Made by a program: the position numbers and the translations under genes
Part shown: one piece after another, positions 21,356-31,521 of the stretch
Layout: each line of letters starts with the position of its first letter
Numbering within the stretch: position 1 is the first letter of the stretch
The notes under the pieces: generated by a model
The model's input: the letters and a program-made list of their open reading frames with translations, nothing else
What the model was told of the DNA's origin: nothing
Database searches by the model: none
Assembly: GCA_965228895.1 (NCBI GenBank)
Contig: OZ245842.1
Coordinates: forward strand, 352,001 to 416,000
Direction of reading: 5' to 3'
Source of the DNA: Alphaproteobacteria bacterium
GTDB taxonomy: Bacteria > Pseudomonadota > Alphaproteobacteria > SP197
DNA: 64,000 bases

Positions 21356-21526
21356 CCTTGGCTCACTGATGTTCGGCCAGCCTGTGCCGCAATTCCCAGG
21401 TTGCGCTCGGCTGGCCGGGCACCAACGGCTCGAGATGGTCTTTTGTCCGCCGATGGCGCGGTGCGGCCAATGCGTCGCACCAACCTCGGCGCTGTAACTA
21501 TCACTTCACTCCTCTACTGTTGCCCC

Positions 21527-23041
21527 ATGACAGACGTTCTCAACATGACGGGCATGACCAAGCACTTCGGGTCAGTCGCCGCGCTTAGCAATGTTGACTT
21601 CTCGGTCGCCCCTGGGGAGATCCACGCGCTTTTGGGCGTCAACGGCGCCGGCAAGTCGACACTCGTCAAAATCATCTCCGGACTCTACGCCGCCGATGAA
21701 GGAGACATCCGGATCGACGGTGAGCTTAAGAGTATTCATTCACCTCGCGATGCAATTGACTGCGGGATCGCGTCGGTCCAACAACACCCGGAACTCGTCG
21801 GTAGTCTCTCTGGCTACGAGAACATCTTTCTGGGGCAGGAAGCCGACGATGGCGGTTTGTTCAGAAAGGTGAACCGGCAATCGATGAAAGCGCGGGCAGA
21901 GAAGCTGCTCGAGCGATTCCCGATTCCGATTGATCTGTCGACCAAACTCGAGGACATGGAGAGTGTCGAACGTGAAACCGTTGCCATTCTCCATGCGCTC
22001 AAACAAGAGCACACAAAACTGCTGATTCTCGACGAGCCGACATCGACATTGACGCAGACAGAGGCGAACAAGCTGTTCGACGTGATGCGGGCGCTCAAGC
22101 AGTCGGGAATCGGCATAATCTACATTACGCACCGACTGGAAGAGATTCGAGAGATCGCGGACAGGGTCACGATATTCCGTGACGGCAGGAGCGTTGCCGT
22201 GCTGGATGCCGGCGTCGAATCACTCGACGAAGCGGCTATCTCACGGCACATGCTGCAAGAGGAACTGGAAGAGCTGTTTCCTGCCAAAGGTGCCGCTGTC
22301 GGCGAAGACGAACCGCCTTTGTTGGAGGCGATCGATCTGGGAGTCGACGGCGCCTTTAACAACGTGAACCTGACGCTTAGGCGCGGCGAGATCGTTGGCG
22401 GCTTCGGTCTTGTCGGCTCTGGCGTCGAGGCCGTCGCAATGACGTTGTTCGGCGCCGTGCGGCCCACATCCGGCGAGATCAAAATCAAGGGCGAGACGGC
22501 GAACCTCAAAGGTCCGCGAGACGCACTAAGGAAGGGTATCTTTCTTGTCCCCGGCGATCGCAAGGCCGAGGGATTGACCCTGACAAAGACCATCACCTTC
22601 AACGTCACTCTCGCCAATCTTCAGCGCGCAACCTACCTCGGCGGGCTGTTGCGTCGTCGTCGCAATGTAGAGGACGTTGCCGGCATCTTGGAGGCGCTTG
22701 ATCTGCGTCCGCCGCAACTCTGGCGCCGGGCGTCGGAGTTCAGCGGTGGCAATCAGCAGAAGGTTGTTCTTGCGAAGGGCCTGTTCCGGAAGGCCGAGAT
22801 CTATGTCTTTGTCGAACCGACGGTCGGGGTCGACATCGGCGCACGCTCGAAGCTTTATGCCTTGATGCGCGAGCTGAGCAAGGAAGCCGCCGTTTTGATT
22901 TTGTCTTCGGATGTTGATGAAGTCTTCGGCGTCGCGGACAGCATTTTCGCGCTCTACCGGGGGCGGACGTCAATTCCGCAGTCCCGAGGCTCGTCTCGGG
23001 AAGCCCTGCTCTCAGGTGGTCTGATGGGTAGCATGCAATGA
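21527..23041 (+). CDS. Sugar ABC ATP-binding protein (RbsA-like)
   Basis: GVNGAGKST, LDEPT, FSGGNQQKV. Confidence 0.92.
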   Translation: MTDVLNMTGMTKHFGSVAALSNVDFSVAPGEIHALLGVNGAGKSTLVKIISGLYAADEGDIRIDGELKSIHSPRDAIDCGIASVQQHPELVGSLSGYENIFLGQEADDGGLFRKVNRQSMKARAEKLLERFPIPIDLSTKLEDMESVERETVAILHALKQEHTKLLILDEPTSTLTQTEANKLFDVMRALKQSGIGIIYITHRLEEIREIADRVTIFRDGRSVAVLDAGVESLDEAAISRHMLQEELEELFPAKGAAVGEDEPPLLEAIDLGVDGAFNNVNLTLRRGEIVGGFGLVGSGVEAVAMTLFGAVRPTSGEIKIKGETANLKGPRDALRKGIFLVPGDRKAEGLTLTKTITFNVTLANLQRATYLGGLLRRRRNVEDVAGILEALDLRPPQLWRRASEFSGGNQQKVVLAKGLFRKAEIYVFVEPTVGVDIGARSKLYALMRELSKEAAVLILSSDVDEVFGVADSIFALYRGRTSIPQSRGSSREALLSGGLMGSMQ

Positions 23042-24039
23042 GTATCGAGGCGATCCGTCCCTTGCTGTATCGGACCTTGGCGTTCATCGCCATCGCCGTC
23101 GTTATCGCGCTAGTTTTCCAGTACTTCACACCCAACTATCTCTCGACTCGAAACATCTCCGCGATCTTCAAGCACATGTCGGTCAATGCTATCACGGCGG
23201 TTGGCCTGACTTTCGTGATCGTGCTGAGGCGCTTCGACCTGTCGCTCGCCGGTGTGGCCTCGTTTAGCGCCATGTCGCTGGGTTTCGCAATCGAACAGAC
23301 CAACAGTCTGGTTGCGTCGATCGCATACTGCGTTGCTGTGGGTGCGACCTGCGGCGTCATCAGCGGCGTACTAATCGGCCGGCTACGGATGCCGGATGTG
23401 GTGACGACGATTGCGATTGGCTCGATCGCTTTCGGTATGGGTTTCGTCTATAGCGGTGGCCGGCAATTCTCGAGAAACTTCTTCTCGTCAGGCATTCTGG
23501 ATATCAACGATGGCCACCTTGCGTTCCTGCCGATGCCGGTCGTCATTATGTTGGTCACCGTTATCGTCGCATTTGTCGCGTTGCATATGTCGCGGTTTGG
23601 CCAGTCGTTCTATGCGGTCGGCGAAAACCCGGTATCAGCGCGCCTTTCCGGTATTCCCATTCGCGCCTATGTCATAACCGGTTTCGTCATTTGCGGGGCG
23701 CTTGTTGGTGTATCGATGATCCTCAATGTGGCGGCTCTGGGGGCCGCCTATGTGAATACGGGAAACCGGATTCTGCTTCCGTCCTACACAGCCGTCTATC
23801 TGGGCGCCGCGATGTTCGGTGCTCCGACCGTGCTTGCGTCTCTTGCCGGCGCGCTACTGATGGCCATGCTGCTTAACGGATTCACAGTCGTCGGCATTCC
23901 GTTCTATTACAGCGACGCCGTCGTCAGCTTCATCTTGATAGCGGCGATTGCCATCTTCAGCCCGCAATCGCTGTCGTGGTTTGCCAAATCGTTCCGTTTA
24001 GTCAGGTCGCGAACGGACCTCGCGCGGGGGCCGGACTGA
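23038..24039 (+). CDS. Sugar ABC permease (RbsC-like)
   Basis: Hydrophobic; FDLS, YAVGENPVSARLSGI. Confidence 0.9.
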   Translation: MSIEAIRPLLYRTLAFIAIAVVIALVFQYFTPNYLSTRNISAIFKHMSVNAITAVGLTFVIVLRRFDLSLAGVASFSAMSLGFAIEQTNSLVASIAYCVAVGATCGVISGVLIGRLRMPDVVTTIAIGSIAFGMGFVYSGGRQFSRNFFSSGILDINDGHLAFLPMPVVIMLVTVIVAFVALHMSRFGQSFYAVGENPVSARLSGIPIRAYVITGFVICGALVGVSMILNVAALGAAYVNTGNRILLPSYTAVYLGAAMFGAPTVLASLAGALLMAMLLNGFTVVGIPFYYSDAVVSFILIAAIAIFSPQSLSWFAKSFRLVRSRTDLARGPD

Positions 24040-25019
24040 TGTCGAGCGCCGGCAACGTCGTTGCGAACGGCAGACGCAATGTAGGGAACCTGGTCGTTTC
24101 GTTCGGCTTGATCGGTGTTCTCTTTCTGGTTGTCGTCGGGGTGTCCGTGGTGGCGCCGGCATTCTTGTCGATCGACAACATTGCAAACACCGTGCGCTCC
24201 GCCAGCGTAGCCGGGCTCATGTTCCTTGGTTTGACATGGGTCTTCGCCGTCGGCGAGATCGATGTCAGTTTTGTCGCGATCGCGGCGCTGACAAACATGA
24301 TCGCCGCGGGCTTGGTCGCGGGAGGGCATGCGTCTTGGGATGTCGCGTTGCTGGTCGGCTTTGCGGCTGGCATCGTCTTCGGCATCGTCAATGGAGTCTT
24401 GATCGCCTATCTCGGGCTCCCGTCACTCGTCACGACGATCGCCGTTGGCGGCATCGCCGGTGCGTTCGCCAATTCGATCGGAGAGGGATACTCCATTGCG
24501 ATCCCGGCCGCGGAGCACCTGAAGTTCATCACCGAAACGACTCTCGGACCTATTCCCCTATTGGCGCCGGTTTGCGGCGCCGCGTTCCTGGTGGCCTGGT
24601 ATGTGCAAGAGCGGCTGACGATTGGTCACTACATCTATGCAATTGCCGAGAACCGCGAAGCCGTGGTCGAGGCCGGTGTGCCGGTCAAGAAGATCGTCTG
24701 CCTTTTGTTCGTGTTTTCAGCCATGTGCGCCAGCTTGGGAGGTGTTCTGTTGACGTTGGAGTTGACGTCCGGTCAACCCTCGATCGCGGCATCGTTCTTT
24801 CTCGAAGGACTCACGGCAGTATTGTTGGGCGGAGCCATGCTGAAACTCGGTAAGCCCAACGTGATTGGAACATTGGTGAGTGTCTTGATACTCGCGACGC
24901 TAGTCCGCGGCGGTGCGTTGCTGGGTTTGCAGGATTCTTGGCTCCAGATATTCAAAGGCGTCCTGTTGATTTCGGGAGTCATGACGATCATCTGGATTAA
25001 TCACAAAAGTAAACAGTGA
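24039..25019 (+). CDS. Sugar ABC permease (RbsC-like)
   Basis: GEIDVS, AVLLGG; ATG overlaps the upstream stop. Confidence 0.9.
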   Translation: MSSAGNVVANGRRNVGNLVVSFGLIGVLFLVVVGVSVVAPAFLSIDNIANTVRSASVAGLMFLGLTWVFAVGEIDVSFVAIAALTNMIAAGLVAGGHASWDVALLVGFAAGIVFGIVNGVLIAYLGLPSLVTTIAVGGIAGAFANSIGEGYSIAIPAAEHLKFITETTLGPIPLLAPVCGAAFLVAWYVQERLTIGHYIYAIAENREAVVEAGVPVKKIVCLLFVFSAMCASLGGVLLTLELTSGQPSIAASFFLEGLTAVLLGGAMLKLGKPNVIGTLVSVLILATLVRGGALLGLQDSWLQIFKGVLLISGVMTIIWINHKSKQ

Positions 25020-25095
25020 AGCCGCAACACAATACAAAGAGCGTTCCGTTAGAGAACTACAACTATGCATTTCAGGCTGATCGATTGTATGAATA

Positions 25096-25890
25096 ATGGA
25101 TGAGCTATCTGACAACAAGAGTGTGCTGAACAAGGTCGCGAGCATTCTTGACGCTTTCGGTCAGCCGCCGCATAAGTTCACGTTCACGGATGTCTACGAG
25201 CAGACCGATATTTCAAAGGCCAGCATTCATCGATTGATGGGCCAGCTCGTCGATGCCGGCTTCCTGGAGAAGAGTGGTACCGGTAAGACTTACCAGTTGG
25301 GTAGACGTCTCAACCGCTTGCTGCATTTCAATGCCTCTGGCGCGCTGCTTGAACCGATGTTCAACACCGAACTTCAGTCGGTGGCCGATGCCCTGGGTGA
25401 AGCGGCGTTCGCTGCTCGATTGAGTGGAAACGAAGTCGAACTCTTCGAGGTGTGTGGCCCATCCGCGAAGAACAGCTCCTATCTGCATCCCGGTCTCGGC
25501 ATTCGCCCGATTCACGCATGCTCGTCCGCGAAGTGCATTCTCGCCTATCAAGACGAGGAAGAGATCACGCGTTTGCTTGAGACCAATCTTGCCAAAATCG
25601 CGACAACCGCTAAGCGGACCAAGAAGGATCTACAGAGTGAGTTACTGGAGATTCGGCGAGTTGGATTTGCCGTGTGTGATGAGGAATTGGAGGAGGCCGT
25701 GTACTCCATTGCGTTCCCCATCATGCTTCAGGAGGCGGGCGTCATGTATTCTATCGGCATTGCCGCACCCAAAAGCCGGATCTCCGATGCGACTCTGACA
25801 GTAGTCCGGGATCGGCTGTCGTTAGCTGCCAGCCAAATCGGCAGCTTGCTGGGAACCAGCGTCGAACCTGTGGCAGCACCGCAGGATTGA
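25096..25890 (+). CDS. IclR-family transcriptional regulator
   Basis: HTH SKASIHRLM; PIHACSSAKCILA; GFAVCDEE. Confidence 0.9.
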   Translation: MDELSDNKSVLNKVASILDAFGQPPHKFTFTDVYEQTDISKASIHRLMGQLVDAGFLEKSGTGKTYQLGRRLNRLLHFNASGALLEPMFNTELQSVADALGEAAFAARLSGNEVELFEVCGPSAKNSSYLHPGLGIRPIHACSSAKCILAYQDEEEITRLLETNLAKIATTAKRTKKDLQSELLEIRRVGFAVCDEELEEAVYSIAFPIMLQEAGVMYSIGIAAPKSRISDATLTVVRDRLSLAASQIGSLLGTSVEPVAAPQD

Positions 25891-26089
25891 GCTGAGCAGT
25901 AGTATAGTTGAACGAAGGGCCAACCTCGCGCTGCGAGATAAGTCCGGGCAAAGAGCGTGCTAAAAATCTCGCTGATTGGGATTTTTGCTTTCTGAACGGG
26001 ACTTTATTCTTCTCTGTAAGGCCGATCTTCGATACCCTCTGACAAAACGGCAGGAATGGCTGGCCCGCCACAACGATGGGAGGTGCTCA

Positions 26090-27064
26090 ATGACAAGCGG
26101 TCTGCAAATGTCGCGTGACCAACTGGAAGACGCTTACGAGCGCATGATCACCATGCGGGAGTTTGACGAGCGCATGCGCGAGGAATTCGCCGCCGGGAGC
26201 ATTCCAGGGTTTGTCCACCTTTATTGCGGCGAGGAGGCTTCTGGCGTCGGGGTGTGCCTGGCATTGGGTGACAAGGACGTCATCTCGTCGACGCACCGCG
26301 GCCACGGACATTGCATCGCCAAGGGCTGCGACGTCGGCGGCATGGTCAAAGAAATCATGGGGCGACGCGATGGTTTGTGCGGTGGCAAAGGTGGTTCGAT
26401 GCACATTGCCGACCTGGCGAAGGGAATGCTCGGCGCGAACGGGATTGTCGGTGCCGGTGGGCCATTGGCCTGCGGGGCTGCACTAACTGCAAAGGCCCAG
26501 GGCACGGGCGGCGTGTCGGTTTGTTTCTACGGAGACGGCGCGTCGAACCAAGGCGCCATACTTGAGAGCTACAACCTGGCCAAGATATGGAATCTGCCGG
26601 TGATCTTCATCTGTGAGGACAATGGTTATGCGGAAGCGACAGCGTCCACTTGGTCGGTATCAGGTTCACAGGTCAGACGAGCCGACGCCTTTGATATGCC
26701 GGCCAAGGAAGTCGATGGCAGAGACTTCTTCGCCGTTTTCGAAGCTGCATCCGAGATGATCGAGCGAGCCCGTGCGGGCAATGGACCTTCGCTGCTTCAC
26801 GTCAAGCTCGACAGGTACTATGGCCACTACGAGGGCGATGCGCAAACCTATCGCGGCGAGGAAGAGGTCGAGGACGCTCGGGCGCAAGATCCGTTGCAGG
26901 CATTTCGCGACCGCGTGATGGAGACATCCTTGTTGGATGCAGAAACACTCGCATCCATTGACGCAAAAGTCAGTTCACTTCTCGAAGAAGCGATCGCGGC
27001 GGCGAAAGAGAGCCCCATGCCGACGGAAGCCGATCTGTTGACAGACGTCTACTCGGCGTACTGA
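26090..27064 (+). CDS. acoA: Acetoin dehydrogenase-type TPP-dependent E1 alpha
   Basis: IPGFVHLY, STHRGHGH, GKGGSMH, GDGASNQG. Confidence 0.85.
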   Translation: MTSGLQMSRDQLEDAYERMITMREFDERMREEFAAGSIPGFVHLYCGEEASGVGVCLALGDKDVISSTHRGHGHCIAKGCDVGGMVKEIMGRRDGLCGGKGGSMHIADLAKGMLGANGIVGAGGPLACGAALTAKAQGTGGVSVCFYGDGASNQGAILESYNLAKIWNLPVIFICEDNGYAEATASTWSVSGSQVRRADAFDMPAKEVDGRDFFAVFEAASEMIERARAGNGPSLLHVKLDRYYGHYEGDAQTYRGEEEVEDARAQDPLQAFRDRVMETSLLDAETLASIDAKVSSLLEEAIAAAKESPMPTEADLLTDVYSAY

Positions 27065-27082
27065 GCGGGAGGGACGAATCGG

Positions 27083-28105
27083 ATGCCAGTCATCAGTTTC
27101 AGGCAAGCAATCAACGATGCGCTCAGCGGTGAGATGGAGCGGGACCCCACCGTGATCGTCATGGGAGAGGACATCTCAGGCGGCACGGGCGCCGCCGGTG
27201 AACAGGATGCCTGGGGTGGACCAATGGGTGTCACCAAGGGGTTGTACACGAAGTTTGGTCCCGACCGGGTTATGGACACGCACCTTGCAGAAATGTCGTT
27301 CGTTGGCGCGGCAGTCGGTGCCGCGGCAACGGGTATGCGGCCGGTCGTGGAGTTGATGTTTGTCGATTTCATTGGCGTCTGTCTGGACCAGCTCCTTAAT
27401 CAGGCTGCGAAGTTCCGTTACATGTTCGGAGGAAAGGCAACCACCCCGCTTGTCGTCCGCACGATGTACGGCGCGGGTCTCAACGCGGCCGCGCAGCATT
27501 CGCAATCGCTCTATCCGTTGGTCACGCACATTCCCGGTTTGAAGACGGTGATCCCGTCCGGGCCCTACGATGCCAAGGGTCTGCTTCTGCAAGCCATCCG
27601 GGACAATGATCCCGTCATCTTCTTCGAGCATAAGGCGATGTACGAAATGGAGGAGGACGTACCCGACGAGCCCTATGTCATCTCCTTCGGCGAGGCCAAT
27701 GTCGCGCGAGAGGGCGACGACGCTACAATTGTTGCCTTTGGTCGTATGGTCTCGATGGCGCATGAAGCAGCCGACATCCTGGCAAAGGACGGGATTGAAT
27801 GCACCATCGTCGATCCAAGGACGAGTTCCCCGCTCGATGAGGAATGCATCATCGAAACCGTCGAGGAAACCGGGCGGCTCGTTGTCGTTGACGAGAGCAA
27901 TCCGCGCTGTTCGCTGGCAACGGACATCGTCTCGCTTGTGACGACAAATGCGTTCTCCGCACTAAAAGGCCCGCCGCAGGTGGTGACCGCACCTCACTGT
28001 CCGGTTCCGTTCTCACCGACACTGGAGCAAGCCTACATTCCCTCGCCCGAGAAGATCGTTGCGGCGGTGCGGCGAACCATGGGGAAGGAAGGAGACGCCG
28101 CGTAA
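27083..28105 (+). CDS. acoB: Acetoin dehydrogenase-type E1 beta
   Basis: DAWGGPMGVTKGL, ELMFVDF, NQAAKFRYMFGG, AAQHSQ. Confidence 0.85.
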   Translation: MPVISFRQAINDALSGEMERDPTVIVMGEDISGGTGAAGEQDAWGGPMGVTKGLYTKFGPDRVMDTHLAEMSFVGAAVGAAATGMRPVVELMFVDFIGVCLDQLLNQAAKFRYMFGGKATTPLVVRTMYGAGLNAAAQHSQSLYPLVTHIPGLKTVIPSGPYDAKGLLLQAIRDNDPVIFFEHKAMYEMEEDVPDEPYVISFGEANVAREGDDATIVAFGRMVSMAHEAADILAKDGIECTIVDPRTSSPLDEECIIETVEETGRLVVVDESNPRCSLATDIVSLVTTNAFSALKGPPQVVTAPHCPVPFSPTLEQAYIPSPEKIVAAVRRTMGKEGDAA

Positions 28106-28168
28106 GCGGATCCTCGCCGTCACCGAACCACTCGTTAGATCAACGTCTAGACTCCGAGGAATCCGACC

Positions 28169-29290
28169 ATGGGTGAGATCTTGCCGATAACAATGCCGAA
28201 ATGGGGGCTCGCGATGGATGAGGGCATTGTCGCGATGTGGTCTGCCGAAGAGGGCGACGAGATTGCCACCGGCCAGGAGATTCTGGATATCGAGACATCG
28301 AAGGTCGCGAATGCTTACGAAAGCCCAGTCAGCGGAACGTTACGGCGAAAGGTGGCTGCTGAGGGCGATGTCTTACCTGTCGGCGGGCTAATCGGCGTTG
28401 TCGCTGGCGCGGATGTTCCGGATGGCGACATCGATGCGTTCATCGAGGCGTTCAACGAGAGTTTCGTTCCGCCCGAAAGCTCATCGGACACGACCTCGTC
28501 TGCGGACGCCATCGAGGTCGATGGCCGACGCATCGTCTACCAGATGGCCGGCCCCAACCAAGACGAGGCGATCATCTTCGTCCATGGCTTCGGTTCGGAC
28601 CACAAGTCCTGGCTCATGAATCAGGCGGAGCTGGCCGACTTGATAGCGACATTCGCGGTCGACCTTCCTGGCCACGGGGCATCGGAGAAAGCGATTGAGG
28701 ACGCGTCGGCCGATAGTCTTGCGGACACGGTCGCATCATTCGTCAGCACCATGGAACTTGGCCCCGTTCACTTGGTTGGACATTCTCTCGGCGCAGCCGT
28801 CGTATCGATTGTCGCACACAAGATGCCGGATTCAGTGCGCTCTCTATCGCTGATCGCGCCGGCGGGTCTCGGCGGCACGATTTCGGGCGAGTTTCTCGAC
28901 GGTTTCCTCACCCAAACTCGCGCGAAGAAACTGCGCGCTACACTTGACATGCTGGTTGCGGACCCTGGCCTCATCTCGGCGGAAATGGTTGAGGAGATCG
29001 TGAAGTTCAAGCGCCTGGACGGGGCGCAATCGGCGATCGAAGCTGTCCGGAATGCCAACTTTCCGAGTGATACACAAACTGTCGATGTTGCAGACATTCT
29101 GAAAGCACTGGAGATTCCGATTACAATCATCATCGGCTCAGAAGACCGGATCATTCAGCATGATCCGACTTTCCTACGCGACCTCGGGACCCTGATCGAG
29201 ATCAAAGGAGCGGGTCACATCCCTCACATGGAAAAGGCGGTAGAGGTAAACACGGCGCTCTACGATTTTATCAGTGCCAACATCTCGTAG
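28169..29290 (+). CDS. acoC: Acetoin dehydrogenase E2 (lipoyl domain plus alpha/beta hydrolase)
   Basis: MPKWGL...IETSKV lipoyl Lys; HGFG, GHSLG, GAGH. Confidence 0.85.
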   Translation: MGEILPITMPKWGLAMDEGIVAMWSAEEGDEIATGQEILDIETSKVANAYESPVSGTLRRKVAAEGDVLPVGGLIGVVAGADVPDGDIDAFIEAFNESFVPPESSSDTTSSADAIEVDGRRIVYQMAGPNQDEAIIFVHGFGSDHKSWLMNQAELADLIATFAVDLPGHGASEKAIEDASADSLADTVASFVSTMELGPVHLVGHSLGAAVVSIVAHKMPDSVRSLSLIAPAGLGGTISGEFLDGFLTQTRAKKLRATLDMLVADPGLISAEMVEEIVKFKRLDGAQSAIEAVRNANFPSDTQTVDVADILKALEIPITIIIGSEDRIIQHDPTFLRDLGTLIEIKGAGHIPHMEKAVEVNTALYDFISANIS

Positions 29291-29585
29291 CTGGTAAGTC
29301 TTCAAGAAGTCCCTCTGCCTTCTCAAAAACTAGATTCCATCGAAATCTGTTGGGGGTTTGACTGCGGGCCGTCAATCTCGATTGCACGATCATCCCCGGT
29401 GTCATTGTCAGAGCAAACCGGATTACGACGGGTTGAAGTGATCCATAACATCCGGCAACTCACGTTCCATTTTGATTCTTCAACACCTGATCCGGGGCGC
29501 TCGAATAGTAGAAATTAGAATGGCAGGCCAAGATGATTGAGGGCCCGCGCATTTTGCTAGGCGGCTTTCGCTGTTCCGGCGAGAA

Positions 29586-29797
29586 GTTTCCCTGATCCAC
29601 TGCGGAATTTCCCTGTTCGGCCCAACAATTTCCCTGTTCCGTCGCGTAGGGAAATTGTCTCTAAGATGTTGAAAACACTGCAAGAATTGGGACGAAGGAC
29701 TCAGAACTTGGCGAAATTCGATGATATTCCCTGTATTTTCCCTGTTAACAGGGAAATCACCGCAGAGACGGGTTCGCAGCAGACTGCCTGCACCACC
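29586..29797 (+). repeat. TTCCCTG-box element, copy A, abutting dif-like site 2
   Basis: TTCCCTG at 29588, 29609, 29630; TTCCCTGTTCCGTCGCGTAGGGAA; palindrome TTTCCCTGTTAACAGGGAAA; homologous to 47565-47779. Confidence 0.85.
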
Positions 29798-29825
29798 ATT
29801 TTCCATAATGCAGACTATGACGCTG
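29798..29825 (-). other. dif-like XerC/D recombination site 2
   Basis: Minus strand CAGCGTCATAG-TCTGCA-TTATGGAAAAT. Confidence 0.6.
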
Positions 29826-30055
29826 ACTGTGATCGATACGATAGCGAAGAGCAGCCAATCGGGTACGATCCCGTGTGCCCCTTGGCCCTGTCTTTTGGGC
29901 AGCTTGATGGTCCAGGCGGCATTGGCATCCATGGACGTTGCTTGTTATCTCGCTTGTAGAGTTCGAGCATCTTTGGACTTTTCGGTGCAGAGGCCGTGGT
30001 TCCAATCTTGATGGTTCCGCGCCGTTGCCGCCGTTGATCAACCCTTTGGGTCGAT

Positions 30056-30826
30056 CTACTTGGTCGGCTTATCACCGACGGGGAGGGGGCGGCCGGCACA
30101 GACGTCCACATAGCGGGTGACGGCGCCTTCCATGCCGTAGATCAAGGCATCCGCCGTCAGGCAGTGACCGATTGACACTTCCAGGAGGTTTGGCAGGGCG
30201 GCGACCAGAGGCGGGAGGTTGTCGAGTGTCAGATCGTGACCGGCGTTCAGGCCAAGTTCCTGGGCCGCCGCAGCCTGGCCGGTGGCAATGACACGATCGA
30301 ACTCCCTGCGCCGAATATCCGCCTCCAAGGCGCCGCCATAGGGGCCGGTGTAGATTTCGATGCGGTCGGCGCCGACCTCGCGGGCCAGGGTCGCAGCGCT
30401 TGGGTCAGGGTCGACGAATATAGAGACACGCATGCCGCCGTCTATGAGGCGCGCGATGATGTCGGTTAGAAAGCTCCGATGATAGCTGATATCCCACCCG
30501 TGGTCGGAGGTTGCCTGGCGGATGTCGTCCGGTACCAAGGTCACCTGATTGGGGCGAACGCGTTCGACGAGTTCGATGAAGCGGGCGTCCGGGTTTCCCT
30601 CGATGTTAAATTCCCGATCGGGAAAGTCGGCTTCGATCATGTCGGCGAGTTGTGTGACATCAGATCGGCGGATGTGACGCTCGTCCGGCCGAGGGTGAAC
30701 GGTAATCCCCGCTGCCCCCGCCGAAAGTGCTGTCCGTGACAGGTCGACGACCGAGGGCCACGGCAGGTTCCGTCTGTTCCGTAGCTGTGCGATGGCATTG
30801 ACGTTGGCCGATAGGGATACTGGCAT
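30056..30826 (-). CDS. pdxJ: Pyridoxine 5'-phosphate synthase
   Basis: GITVHPRPDERHIR, EFNIEGNP, QVTLVPD, TSDHGW, LNAGHDL, EVSIGH. Confidence 0.95.
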   Translation of the reverse strand: MPVSLSANVNAIAQLRNRRNLPWPSVVDLSRTALSAGAAGITVHPRPDERHIRRSDVTQLADMIEADFPDREFNIEGNPDARFIELVERVRPNQVTLVPDDIRQATSDHGWDISYHRSFLTDIIARLIDGGMRVSIFVDPDPSAATLAREVGADRIEIYTGPYGGALEADIRRREFDRVIATGQAAAAQELGLNAGHDLTLDNLPPLVAALPNLLEVSIGHCLTADALIYGMEGAVTRYVDVCAGRPLPVGDKPTK

Positions 30827-31034
30827 CGAATTTCCTCGCCGGAAGTAACAGGAAAGGATTGGCGTATGGCATTCAAACTTTACTCGTTCGCAACTCGTAG
30901 CATTGTCATGGTCCGGTCAGCTGGAATGCGTCAAATACGGAGCGGGCTATGAGTTCGATAATTGTCGCCGCTTCAGTCTATCCAAGATCACATTGTCGAC
31001 GTACGGATCTTCATTTCGAACCTGATCGGCTTCG

Positions 31035-31062
31035 TTTTTCCATAATGTAGATTATGGGATCA
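31035..31062 (-). other. dif-like XerC/D recombination site 3
   Basis: Minus strand TGATCCCATAA-TCTACA-TTATGGAAAAA. Confidence 0.7.
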
Positions 31063-31150
31063 CACGCTGCGCCACCTTATGGACTCCGTGGCGTCGTGCT
31101 TTTTTGTCGCTCTGCGCACGCGTTCCGGCCTCAACGTTCGGTCTGACCGT

Positions 31151-31504
31151 TCAGGCCATGCCGTGGAGATCACGCCAGTTGACGGGATAGACAACAATGA
31201 CCGCTTTTGCCCAGGTTGCGCGGTAGACCATCCACGTGCCTTCCGGTAGCCATATGCCGTCGCCCGGCAAAAGGTCGAACGTCCCTTCCTTCGTCTCCAG
31301 ATTGAGTTCACCTTCGAGCACATAGATGTACTCGTCATAGAGAACGGTCCACTCCATATCGCAGTTCTCGAACGTACCGACGGCGGCGCCGAAGCTCTCG
31401 CTCTCGTTCTTTGATACGTCGCGTGCAACATAGATGGCACCGGGGTCACCGCCTATCTGCTCGAAAACGCGGTCCTTTGATTTGACGTAGCGGATACCGG
31501 ACAT
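31151..31504 (-). CDS. Cupin (EutQ-like) protein
   Basis: WTVLYDEYIYVLEGEL, PGDGIWLPEG, YPVNW; start taken at ATG 31504. Confidence 0.8.
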   Translation of the reverse strand: MSGIRYVKSKDRVFEQIGGDPGAIYVARDVSKNESESFGAAVGTFENCDMEWTVLYDEYIYVLEGELNLETKEGTFDLLPGDGIWLPEGTWMVYRATWAKAVIVVYPVNWRDLHGMA

Positions 31505-31521
31505 GGTTGTCTTCCTCTCGC

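Noticed and set aside
26041-26089. Sigma54 promoter for acoA
   Set aside because: TGGC is present but without a correctly spaced TGC at -12
29438-29452. GTGATCCATAA as another dif half-site
   Set aside because: Spacer and second arm do not match; likely chance
29586-29660. Periodic TTCCCTG boxes as a CRISPR array
   Set aside because: Repeats are 7 bp with 14-bp gaps, only three copies, and there are no cas genes
29765-29798. tRNA-like tail GGTTCG...CACCA (also near 47745-47780)
   Set aside because: No cloverleaf, D arm or anticodon arm; kept only as part of the repeat
29480-29959. ORFs over the repeat (29480-29932, 29666-29959; also 47495-48364)
   Set aside because: Translations of the non-coding repeat; their similarity comes from the DNA boxes
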